Assembly (NCBI GenBank): GCA_001179505.1 | Contig: CDMY01000761.1 | Coordinates: forward strand, 1-23,275 | Length of the DNA stretch: 23,275 nucleotides | Origin: Vitrella brassicaformis CCMP3155 | Taxonomy: Eukaryota > Protista > Chromerida | Direction of reading: 5' to 3' | In this document: positions 9,921-20,149 of the stretch, in pieces | Numbering within the stretch: position 1 is the stretch's first letter | Layout of the letters: the number at the start of each line of letters is the position of its first letter | Made by a program: the position numbers and the translations under genes | The notes under the pieces: model-generated | Seen by the model: only the letters and a program-made list of their open reading frames with translations | What the model was told of the DNA's origin: nothing | Database searches by the model: none

Positions 9921-11550
9921 CATGGACCTTAGCTCAGCCGCATTGATATTGGCGTCAACCGATTGCGACTCAACAGCGCCCAACTGATATGCCTCTTCGT
10001 CACTCGTCAGAGGTACGTGCTCAGTGTTTCCCTGCATGCCAGAAGGCCGTGACATTGCATCCACGTCTCCATGTTGTGCTCCAGGTCGGTGGCGAAAGAC
10101 GTAGTCATAGTCTTGCAACATCTCTGACCATCTGTTGAGCTTGCGGTTACTTCCTTCCGCGTGTTTCAACGCTCTCAACGCGTGATGGTCAGATACCAAC
10201 TCGAATCGCCGTCCAAAGAGGTAGGGGCTGAAATAGCGCACGAAGACAAAGATGGCAAACGCTTCTCTCTCTGTGGCCGACCACTTGCGCTCAGGAACGG
10301 CAAGGACGCGGCTCACGTAATGGATCGGTCTTTCGTGCCCTTTGTCGTCTCGCTGGCAGAGAATTGCTCCAATCGCATAGTCACTCGCGTCTGTCTTAAG
10401 CACAAACGGCTTCGGAAAGTCAGGCAACACCAGCACAGGTGCCTCTGTCATCTTTCTCTTGAGTGCCTGCAGTGCATCTCGCTGGGCGTCGCCCCACTCA
10501 AACGGCACATCTTTCTTAGTAAGGTCAGTGAGTGGTCGAGCCAGCTTAGCGTAACCATGCACAAATCGCTTGTAAAACTGCAGACCACCAAGGACGCTGC
10601 GCAGCTCTTTTTGGTCTGTTGGTTCAGGCAGGTTGATCATGCCTTCGACCTTCTTTGGATCGGTCTGCAGACCGTCTTTCGAGACGATGAAGCCAAGTAC
10701 GGATATCTTGCGCGCGAAAAAGGTGCACTTGCTTGGCTTCACTTTGATGTTGGCTGCCTGCAGCAGTCGGAAGACCTCAAGGATGTGGCTGCAGTGATCC
10801 TCAAAGGTGCGTGAGAAGATCACTATGTCATCGACATACACAAACGCACTCTTCCAAAGCACCGGTGCTAACGCTTTGTCCATCATTCTCTGGAATGTCG
10901 CTACGCTGTTACACAGACCCATGGGCATGCGGATCCATTGCAGTTGTGTCTGCCCGTTGACCGAGAAAGCCGTCTTGTGTCTGTCCTCTGGGCTGACTTC
11001 GACCTGCCAAAAGCCCGACGTCGCATCGAGCGTCGTGAACCACGACATGGCCTGGAGGGAGTCAAAACATTGATCGATCAAAGGTGGGGCGTAGCGAGAC
11101 TTCTGAGTGATTTCGTTGAGCCAGCGATAGTCCACACACAGACGCCAGCTGCCATCTTTCTTCTTGACCATTACGATGGCTGCATTGTATTCAGAATCAG
11201 CAGCTTCGACGACACCACTGCTCTTCAGGTCGCTCACTATCTTCACTGCTTCCTCATGCTCAATCTGAGCCAGCCTACGAGGCTTCATGTACGGAGGAAT
11301 GCCACTGACACTGATGCGATGGGCACCGAGAGACGGATCGACATGGCCAAGGTCGTTCTTGTCGCACGAAAACACGCCCGTCTGTTGTGCTGCTTTGATC
11401 ACATCCACTGCCTGTTCTTTCTGTTGGTTCGTCAGGCCTTTGCCGACTTGTATGTCGTGGGTGATTTCATCAGCATCTGGGTAGCTACGAACGTCCTCTG
11501 TTTGCGGCTGTGTGGCCATCAAGTGATCGATCCGCTCTCTTATCAATCTC
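9915..11550 (-). CDS. pol: pol part 2: reverse transcriptase and RNase H
   Basis: KKKDGSWRLCVDYRWLN, LDATSGFWQ, MPMGLCNSVATFQ, YVDD (10827-10838), RNase H TDASDYAIGAIL, EREAFAI, SDHHAL, DAMSR. The segment is bounded by frameshifts near 11545 and 9915-9930. Confidence 0.95.
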
Positions 11551-13224
11551 GCAAGGTACGACATCAGCATCAGCCACCTTGACTGCCGCAATCCGTCCCG
11601 TTTCGTCCACAGGTCGTTGCATTGTGGGCATGGAAGGGAGTACATCAAACCAGCCCAGCAAGTGATTCTTGGGTAAGACGACCCTCTTATGTGACGGATT
11701 GCTGATCCTGATATACACACAACGACCTGATACGACTTCGCTCGTCTCGTCGTCTACACAAAGCCATGCGCCTCTGTGGCATGCGAGTGCTGGATGCACT
11801 AACAGACGACCAACCTCCCCTTTTATCTGTCTGTCAGGTCCCTTCAATCGTGCTAGCACCCATGTCTCCGTGCCGGCTGGGATGGGTGTCTTTGCCGTGA
11901 TATGGACCTGGTAGCTCAATCTTTTCCCGTCCGCAGGTGCGTCGATTCGAGTCAGGCCAAAAGCCATGACACTCAGGCTATTTATCCCACATGTCTGTGG
12001 TGCGTGTATGTCCATAGGTGGCCATTCTGGTCGTGATGTGACACGTACTTTCCCGGTTTCATGGTCAACGATGAACCTTTCTTCGCGAATCGCCTTGCCT
12101 CCCAGTAAGGCGACACATTTGGAGTCATCGATGACATAGAAATCGACAGACAGCGGATTGGTGGCTGCTGTCTGTGTGTCTATTGTGTCAGGCCACAAGG
12201 CGACTCTTGCGACCTTTTCGACCGCCACCTCACCATGGTGTAGCACGCTGAGCGTCATGACGCCTGGACATATCGTCACTTCTCTGTCCCCTTCCTCTCG
12301 CAGCCTGTCTAGCATCTTGGTGCTCATCACACTCAGGTCGGCACCAGTATCAACGAGCACATCCACTGTCACACCATTTGCTCTCATTCGCACGGAGGTC
12401 TGCCATCTAACGGTCGGCACGAGCCCACGTCGTCTCTCTCGCCTATCTTCTACAGCGCAGCACTGCATCGCTTCCTCAGAACCACCCACAACATCCCCTT
12501 CACATACATGTAAGTGAGCCGCCCGCACTGCATCATCAGTGCATTGCATATGGTTCAACTGACACTCATATTCGTCACTCTTTTCAGGCGCAGCAGGCGG
12601 ACAAGAAGGCGTCCCCTCTTCCCGCCGGCCACAAACGAGGGCTTGGCTGGATCCGGCCTCGTTACGCAGTTTCAGCCCTCCGTCAATTGTCATCGGTGGC
12701 GGCCCACAACTACCGGCTCGGGACAGACTTGATCGACTAGTGACAGCTGGTCCGCTAGACCGACGACTAGGGATGCTTGATCGACTAGGGATGCAAGTTC
12801 CACTCAACTGACGGGATGGAGATACAAGACGCGATGCACCTCCCACACCATCCGCTGATGCACCAGGGGACCTCATTTGTCGCGCAGCCGATGCACCTCT
12901 CGGATCCTCCGGCTCAGGACTGCTGGCTATCTGTGTGTCTGGCTGTCTGGCTGTCTGGCTGTCTGTCTGTCTGTCTGTATGGTTGCATCCTGACAGGCCG
13001 GGCACATGTGACGAATTGGCAGTTGCTCTCAACATGGGCACGTTCACAAACGGCTCACACACTTTACACAACACATCAGGTACATGCACGACACTACACT
13101 CATTCACATCATTCACAGATTCACGTATGACATTGCATTCATTCATGGTTGTCTTGCTCAGGGCGTCAACTGATCGATTCGAGTCCTCTCGCGTGCCCTG
13201 CCACGGAGGACTCATCCGTTTCCC
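11540..13224 (-). CDS. pol: pol part 1: long low-complexity linker, aspartic protease, post-protease beta-rich domain
   Basis: VDVLVDTGADLSVM active site (DTG at 12343-12351). This ORF is in the -1 frame relative to gag and overlaps the gag end at the slippery site. Confidence 0.88.
13159..13224 (-). promoter_or_regulatory. -1 programmed ribosomal frameshift signal (G GGA AAC plus hairpin/pseudoknot)
   Basis: On the minus strand: CTG GGA AAC GGA TGA at the gag end (heptamer at 13218-13224). It is followed after 4 nt by stem GAGTCCTC/GAGGACTC, and loop CAGGGC is complementary to downstream GCCCTG. Confidence 0.8.
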
Positions 13225-14658
13225 AGCTGCGGAAGGTTCGACACAGGGAGAGGTCTCTGCGGCACTGTGTTTGTCCCTGTCAGTGCAGGTTCTCGTGGCT
13301 GTTGCGGTCGGTTTGGGTAAGGCCGCCAGCCGCCTGGCACCCAATCAGGTGGCCGTCTCCTGCAATCCCTCCATCTGTGTCCAAGTAGATGACAATAAAG
13401 ACACCTGCCCAAAAATGCGGGTCGTCCTTTCCACTGCCTGCTGTCCCTCTGTGTGTGTGTTGCAGGCCCTGTCGTTCCCTTCTTGTGCCTGTCCATGGCA
13501 CCCATCTGCTCCTGAAGAGCGGTCACGTCTGCCCTGATGGCATCGATGGACAGCTGTGGCTCATCACGTCGCTTTGGGGCATCCACTCGGTTGGCTTTGT
13601 TCTTGTCGTTGTTGTCAGGTCGTTGCTCAAGCGCATTTATCTCGCATCGAGGGGCTCTTGAAGGTCTTGTTCTTTCGGCGTCGCTCTCGTCTTCATTCGC
13701 ATCCTGCCTGTGTGGACGCTTTCTGCTCAACAACCGTCCCACAGCCACTTGCGCCTCATCCCCCAGCTTCCTAACGAACTCGAATGTGGAGGGGTCGACA
13801 CATCTGGTGAGCATGTGGCGCTTCATCTCAAGTGGGAGAGATTCGACAAACAGACGGACGGCCTCCTGCTCACTCATATCGGCACCTCGATGAAGGTCAG
13901 AGAACTCGTCGAGTGATTGCTTGAAGTCGTGCTTTGGATTCGGCTTCCAGGCTTTCAGCTTCTCATTCTGGACGAGTGTTCGGGATTTACTCCGGCCGAA
14001 TTGCTTCTCCAAGTACCCCAAGAGAGCTTCGAGTTTAGCTGGCCCATCGCCGTTCAGATACACGCTGTTCGGGTCCTTCTCTTGCGAACAGATCCACTCA
14101 TTCAACTTGTCTCTTGCACGCCCTTGTATACCCTCACATACGTATCGTATGGAGTGCTCTTCAGGCAGGTGTGGGTAGGTCAGACGTTGTGCCCTAACTC
14201 CTGTGATGAAGTCAGAAATGCTCTGATCCGACTTGTCATCGAATGGGCGGAGGGCTGGTGGTTTGGACAAATGTTGCATGGCCGCCATCAGCTGTGTCGC
14301 CAGCCCATCCGTTGGGCTGCTGTTCTGCGTGCCATGCTGTGGTTGGAGTGGTATATGACCCTCCCCTCGATTCGTGGCTGCCTGTGGCAGCATAACTATA
14401 CTTGCTGTGTCATCAAGTGGTGTGTGCTGACACACTTGGTTCGTTCTGTGCCTCTTGTATCGCTGAGACACTGCCCACATTATCGTGTGAGGACTTCACT
14501 TTGTGTTGACGAGTCATTCGACGTAACAGTTCACTCACACGTGCGCCTTGCCGACGCTTCACACTGAGTCTCTTCTTCGGCTTAGCCTTGGCAACAGGCC
14601 TCGCTACTCGTGCAGAAGGTGGCTTCTGCGTGTCCCGACCACTTCGGGTCTTCGCCAT
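13212..14658 (-). CDS. gag: gag (capsid-like region plus CCHC zinc knuckle); probable N-terminus in a separate frame
   Basis: ORF 13212..14480 contains CLYCHLLGHRWRDC (13362-13403). ORF 14413..14658 (MAKTRSG...) starts 48 nt downstream of the PBS, overlaps the gag ORF, and could be its N-terminus across a +1 frameshift. Confidence 0.8.
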
Positions 14659-14705
14659 TGTGTCCAGTCAACCGTTCAAACACGATGTCACTCAGCCGCG
14701 TATTG

Positions 14706-14726
14706 CGATTCACGGCAGATGCACCA
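14706..14726 (-). promoter_or_regulatory. Primer-binding site, tRNA-Gly(GCC)-like
   Basis: Minus strand TGGTGCATCTGCCGTGAATCG lies 3 nt inside the LTR terminus (CA at 14730-14731). The plus strand reads CGATTCACGGCAGATGCACCA, resembling eukaryotic tRNA-Gly 3' ends (...CGATTCCCGGCCRATGCACCA, from memory). Confidence 0.65.
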
Positions 14727-14729
14727 AAA

Positions 14730-15190
14730 TGCTCCCGGGCGGTATCCCAGATGGAGCGGTGTCTAGTGGTACGTGTGACTGCTTTGAGTTTGAACGTCGG
14801 ACACTACACAGACCTCCAGAGGGCCCGAGTGGCCACACTGGAGTGTACGAATACTTCCAGAAACAGCAGTGACATCAAATATCAACGATTAACTCCAAGT
14901 CTATGGTCTTCTGCTTGATTCTGCCTCGATCATCCTCGTGTTTTGTTCTTCCCTAACTCGCTTGACAGAATAAGGCCGGTGCCCTTATTCTGTACTAGCA
15001 TGTCAGTTTCACAACGGCTACCCTAAAGACTGCTCAATTCTAGAACACGGGGGAGATGCTGACATCTCCCTCCCTTCATCAGCGCAGCGGTATATCATCA
15101 ACGATGAGGGCAAATGCTCTTCAGTGTCATGTTTCTTCTCGTGTGTTAACTGTCTGCGTGTCATTTCATGCCACCCTGTAGCACCGGGCA
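14730..15190 (-). repeat. 5' LTR (upstream of gag)
   Basis: Abuts the PBS and is homologous to 5356-5785. On the plus strand it starts TGCTCCCGGG and may end CCGGGCA (15184-15190), an imperfect terminal inverted repeat. The distal end is uncertain. Confidence 0.72.
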
Positions 15191-15437
15191 CTCCGACGAA
15201 CACTGTCAAGAGCGGGGGCGCAGCCTTCTAAGTGCGACGATTTGCAATGCACGACGAGCAAGAGCATAGATCTTGAGCAGCAAACACGGCGCGCAGGCCG
15301 CTAAGCACAGACCGCAAGGACGGCATGATAGACATCCATGAGCGACGCATGATGCGCAAAATGAGATGACGTATAACGGTGGGATGTAGAAGTAAACAGA
15401 TGCACGATCACAACAGACAAGGCGGGCGGGTGGGTGG

Positions 15438-15598
15438 GAAGAACGAAAACGCCGCCGCGAACAAAGGCGGACAGATATCAGCTCACAGCCAGCCAGACAC
15501 GCATGACCCACGCAGCTCGCAACGCAAGCGCTCGATCCACTCGCGTCTCCGAACGCCCGATAACGCACGGTGGACCGTGCTCATATCGGTTGCATTCT
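15438..15598 (+). repeat. ~160-bp direct repeat, copy 1 (partner 17516-17671)
   Basis: GAAGAACGAAAACGCCGCCGCG...GGTTGCATTCT is present twice; copy 2 lacks 5 bp. Confidence 0.93.
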
Positions 15599-15789
15599 CC
15601 AACGCGGCTCCTCAGCGCCAGCCGACAGCCCGACACGCAGACACACAGGGGTGGTCAGTATGGGATTGGGGGGCTCGGCCTGCGCCCAGCGACGTGAGGG
15701 CCCGTGCGACACACGACAGACGCGCACGTACCACCCCCAACCCCCCAATCCCATGACCATGGGGAAGGAGTAGCGAAGAAAAGCAGAGA

Positions 15790-16600
15790 AGAGAGAGGCA
15801 GCGCGACAATGGCAACACGACACTGGCAGCACGACAGCGGCAGTAAGACATGCACAGTGCGACAATGGCAGCACGACAGTGGCAGCGCGACAACAGAGGC
15901 AGCGCAACAATGGCAGCACGACCGAGGCAGCACGACAGGGGCAGCGCGACAACAGAGGCAGCGCAACAATGGCAGCACGACAAAGGCAGCGCGACAACAG
16001 AGGCAGCGCAACGATGGCAGCAAGATAGAGGCAGCACGACAGAGGCAGCGCGACACACGCAGCGCGAAAGCGGCAGCACGGCACACGCAGTGCGAGCAAG
16101 ATAGGGGCAAGACGACAAAGGCAGCGCGACAACAGAGGCAGTGCGACAGAGGCAGCGCGACAACAGAGGCAGCGCGACAGTGGCAGTGCGACAACAGAGG
16201 CAGCGCGACAATAGCAGGCAGCGCGACAATAGCAGCGCGACAACAGAGGCAGCGCGACAAAGGCAGCGTGACAGGGCAGCACGACAAAGGCAGCACGAAA
16301 GAAGCAGCACGACAACAGGGCAGCGCGACAAAGGCAGCACGAAAGAAGCAGCACGGCAGAGGCAGCGCAACACTGACAGCACAACAACAGAGGCAGCGCG
16401 ACAACCGAGGCAGCGCGACAATGGCAGCACGACAGAAGCAGCACGACCGATGCAGCACGACAGAGGCAGCGCAACAATGACAGCGCGACAATGGCAGCAC
16501 GACACTTGCAGCGCACAATGGCAGCACGACACTTGCGACAATGGCAGCACGACACACGCAGCGCAACAATAGCAGCGCGACGTAGGCAGCGCGACAGCAA
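15790..16600. repeat. Degenerate minisatellite built on AGAGGCAGCGCGACAAC-type units
   Basis: Dozens of variants of GGCAGC(G/A)CGACA, with a strongly T-poor plus strand. Confidence 0.92.
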
Positions 16601-17515
16601 CGACGAACAGCTCGAGATCTCGATACTTTCACACAGACCTGCAACACACACACAGAAAACCCGCAGAGAAGCAGCGAGAGCGGCGGCGAGAGGTAAGCGT
16701 AAGACATGTGACCGATGGCGATGGCCGACGGACCGACAAATGCATGATACAAGGAAGCAAAGAGGCAGCGAGAAAGGCAGTCAAACGTGCGAATAGCTGG
16801 CAGCGAGAAAGGCGGCAGAAGAGATAAGCAAGCAGGTAGGCACGACACGCGCCCAGCAACAAGACCTGCGAAACGGGCGAACGACAGCAACATTAGAAGC
16901 AGACAGGCAACAAGAAAGGTTAGCGACGCAAACAGCAAAAGCGGTAAAGAGACCGATAGGCAAGACATGCGAAGCCGACGAACGTGGTGTAAAGGCTCGA
17001 ATCACTAACTACCCCGGACCCTTCCTACCTCCCCGGTGTGTTATTCTCATCCTACCTGCTCGGTCCCCCCCGCGTACCTGACGACGCATGTCATGGCATT
17101 GCCTTCAGAACCGCAAAAGCCACACCACACCAAGCCTACACAAAGCCTTCAGAACCGCAAAACCACAGCACCCAGAACCCTCGCCGCAAACGCCACCCTC
17201 AGTGGCGTATGTGTGTGCGCGTGTGTGTGTGGTCCTCCCATCCCTCCACCCACCCTTCTTACGACTGCTGCAGCGTGCCGGTGTCCATCCCAACATTCAC
17301 CCAAACCTTGAGTGCGCGGATCCTGAGGCGGTGGGTGGCAAGAGCCGTGCGCTGAACTCGGAAGCAAACTCCAAGCGGTCGGCCAACAGCTGCTGGATCT
17401 GTGCCTGAAGTGTCTCCATCGGGAGGGGTAGCGGGTGCTAAGCTGAGGAGGAGGATGATCTGTCTGCCAGCGTCTGGAGCTATGCAGGCAGCTGACGATG
17501 CTCTGACATCCCGAT

Positions 17516-17671
17516 GAAGAACGAAAACGCCGCCGCGAACAAAGGCGGACAGATATCAGCTCACAGCCAGCCAGACACGCATGACCCACGCAGCTCGCAA
17601 GCGCTCGATCCACTCGCGTCTCCGAACGCCCGATAACGCACGGTGGACCGTGCTCATATCGGTTGCATTCT
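17516..17671 (+). repeat. ~160-bp direct repeat, copy 2 (partner 15438-15598)
   Basis: Direct sequence match to copy 1. Confidence 0.93.
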
Positions 17672-17767
17672 GAAGACGCAACTCGTGTGGAATTTGGGTG
17701 AAGAAACCGTGATGCCAACGTCGTTACTGCTCGCAGCGGCCGACTATATGTGATGACAAGAACGGGC

Positions 17768-18805
17768 GATCTCGAGGTGTTGGGTTTGGGTGCGTTTCGT
17801 GGGAAATTTTTTGTGCCAGCCGGGTACGATCATTGCAACGCACATCATCAGTTAACGGAGGTCAACCAAAAAATGTCGCACACCCCATTGACATTTATTG
17901 CCGTGGCACATACAGTCGCCCGCTAAAACAGAGGACAGGCACGAGCACGCGACACAACTGTTTGTGACAAGCCGAGAGAGAGAGAGGAGAGAGACCGAGA
18001 GAACACAACACCAGCCCATTCTCGTGTGTCGTGCGTAGCGAGCAAGGCCGCCGTATAAAATGTGTCTCGAGGAAGTCGAGAAGCCGATTGCGTCGCACAT
18101 CCATGGCGGCCTGCACCGCCTCGGGCCTCGCCAAGGCCGGCGTCGTCGTGTCGATCTGAGGGTGGGACACACGCGAGAAGAACAAGGAGGAAGTGAGCGA
18201 CGCACACTCGTGCAGTACGCAGCCAGCCGGCCGCCACACCCCCCTCTGGTCATCGGGGGGTGTGGGGCCGGCTGGGACTATTGCAGTTGTGTCCTATGCC
18301 GTACCAGTGGCGTGCCGGGGTAGGCGATGGTGTTGCGCAAAAGGACATCACTGATGGTAGCGACAGAACATGCTTCAAGGACGGAGGAGGGAGACATCCG
18401 CACACACAGATACACACAGGGCTTGTGTGGTCCTCGCAGCTGTCCAGTCGACTCACTTGCTGCTGGCGGGCTCGAAGCGCAGGACCTCCATCGTGTACCG
18501 GCGAACGATAGCGATGTGACGAGCCGGGCACGGTAGAAGGCCTTCTGCAGGTTGCCGGCAAAGAACAGGTCCTTCTCGCAGACGAACCGGCCCAGCATGA
18601 GAAGGACATAGTTGAGGAAGCGCCCCGTATTCATGGGTGCCACATGCGACATGACGACCATCGTATCCAGCCGCTGGCCGAACTTGCTGAAAGACCGCCG
18701 CACTCGACATAACGGTGGAAGAAGGCCGAGTCAGTGGCAGGATTCTTGGTGGCTTCAGGAAGGGCGTCACCACTGCACGTCCAGTGCTGCCAGGGGCTCG
18801 ATGAG
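17768..18805 (-). pseudogene. Partial duplicate of 19987-21063 (3' exons of the minus-strand gene), cut by the gap
   Basis: Colinear match from GATCTCGAGG to GGGGCTCGATGAG with scattered substitutions and indels. A 4-nt deletion near 18700 relative to the other copy breaks the frame. Confidence 0.8.
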
Positions 18806-19105
18806 NNNNNNNNNNNNNNNNNNNNNNNNNNNNNNNNNNNNNNNNNNNNNNNNNNNNNNNNNNNNNNNNNNNNNNNNNNNNNNNNNNNNNNNNNNNNNNN
18901 NNNNNNNNNNNNNNNNNNNNNNNNNNNNNNNNNNNNNNNNNNNNNNNNNNNNNNNNNNNNNNNNNNNNNNNNNNNNNNNNNNNNNNNNNNNNNNNNNNNN
19001 NNNNNNNNNNNNNNNNNNNNNNNNNNNNNNNNNNNNNNNNNNNNNNNNNNNNNNNNNNNNNNNNNNNNNNNNNNNNNNNNNNNNNNNNNNNNNNNNNNNN
19101 NNNNN
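18806..19105. other. Assembly gap (300 N)
   Basis: Run of N. Confidence 0.99.
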
Positions 19106-20149
19106 GCGCGGCGGCCGCCAGAGGGCCACGGAGGGCCAGCGCGTTTCCTGAGGACTTCGTCAGCCGCGGGCCTTCTATGCCCCACACCAGCCCCGCTCCG
19201 GGGCTGTGAGGTGGCTGGCTGGACCTGGATTTCGTGATATTGTATGTCGTGTTGCATGCCTCGCGCTTGTTTGCAGTGTGCGACATGTTTTCGCAGTCAA
19301 CGAGCGTTTGTCCATAGTTCTTTACATGTATTGTTCCCTTTTGTTTGTTTCATACGACCGATGCTTAGACGAAGTTCGTCGCCCGTTCATGTATCTACTT
19401 AAAACTTTTGAAGTACGGAATCTTGGAAGAAAGATCTGTAATACACGCATCCATCCGTGCAGAACCAAATAGCGATGGCAAACGCTGATGGACAGACTCA
19501 AAGCTAGACTGAAGGCACCAATGCAGATGCCGCCGAACCCAAACAAGACTCTGGCCAGACGACAATAACCAGCACAAAGCAGCCGAACTCTCAGGGTGGC
19601 AAATCTGTAAGGTTTTGGCACAGAGGGACAAATCACAGGGGAGTACGACACAGCTTTACTATCCTTCTCGAGGTCTAGAGGTGCAGCGATGGGAGGCGGC
19701 ATAGCACACTAATTTTGAAGGCGGCAATGCCACAACGCAATGACACAGAGTGTTCGAGAGCACTGTCGACGCAGTGTGATGCGCACGTCACCGGGGTTTG
19801 TCAACGGCCAGTTGGCTGCCCCAGACCGGCTACTTGTCGGGGTGACGTGCATGCTACATTGCGTGTCTGCCATACATGTTGCCATCTCTCGCAGCGCCAT
19901 TGCAGATCTGCCTGGCTGCTTCTGCCCTCTTGCATGTTGCTTGTTGCATGTTGCATGTCGCGTAATGCCTGCTGAACGAGGAAGGGGATCTCGAGGTGTT
20001 CGGTTTGCGTGCGTTTCGCGAGAAATTTTGTGTGCTTTGTGCCAGTCGTGGGCCAGGCCGGGTACGATCATTGCAACGCACATCATCAGTTAACGGAGGT
20101 CAACCAAAAAAATGTCGCACACCCCATTGGCATTTATTGCCGTGGCACA

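Larger units (their letters stand above)
5356..15190 (-). mobile_element. Ty3/Gypsy (Metaviridae) chromovirus-type LTR retrotransposon, frameshifted copy; outer boundaries uncertain
   Basis: gag with CCHC knuckle, then PR-RT-RH-INT order with a C-terminal chromodomain, a PBS next to the upstream LTR, and LTR-like direct repeats. No target-site duplication was found. Confidence 0.88.

Noticed and set aside
8003-13916. Plus-strand and alternative-frame ORFs overlapping gag-pol
   Set aside because: They are shadow ORFs of GC-rich coding sequence with no recognisable motifs.
5351-15195. Target-site duplication for the LTR element
   Set aside because: The left flank CTTTA does not match the bases after any candidate right end (CTCCG, CCGGG, CCCTG).
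15581-16968. Long Cys/Arg/Leu-rich ORFs (356, 312, 437 and 258 aa)
   Set aside because: They overlap in all frames and are explained by the lack of stop triplets in the minisatellite.
18453-19286. ORFs spanning the second N gap
   Set aside because: They are artefacts of translating N as X; only the flanking parts that duplicate the minus-strand gene are informative.
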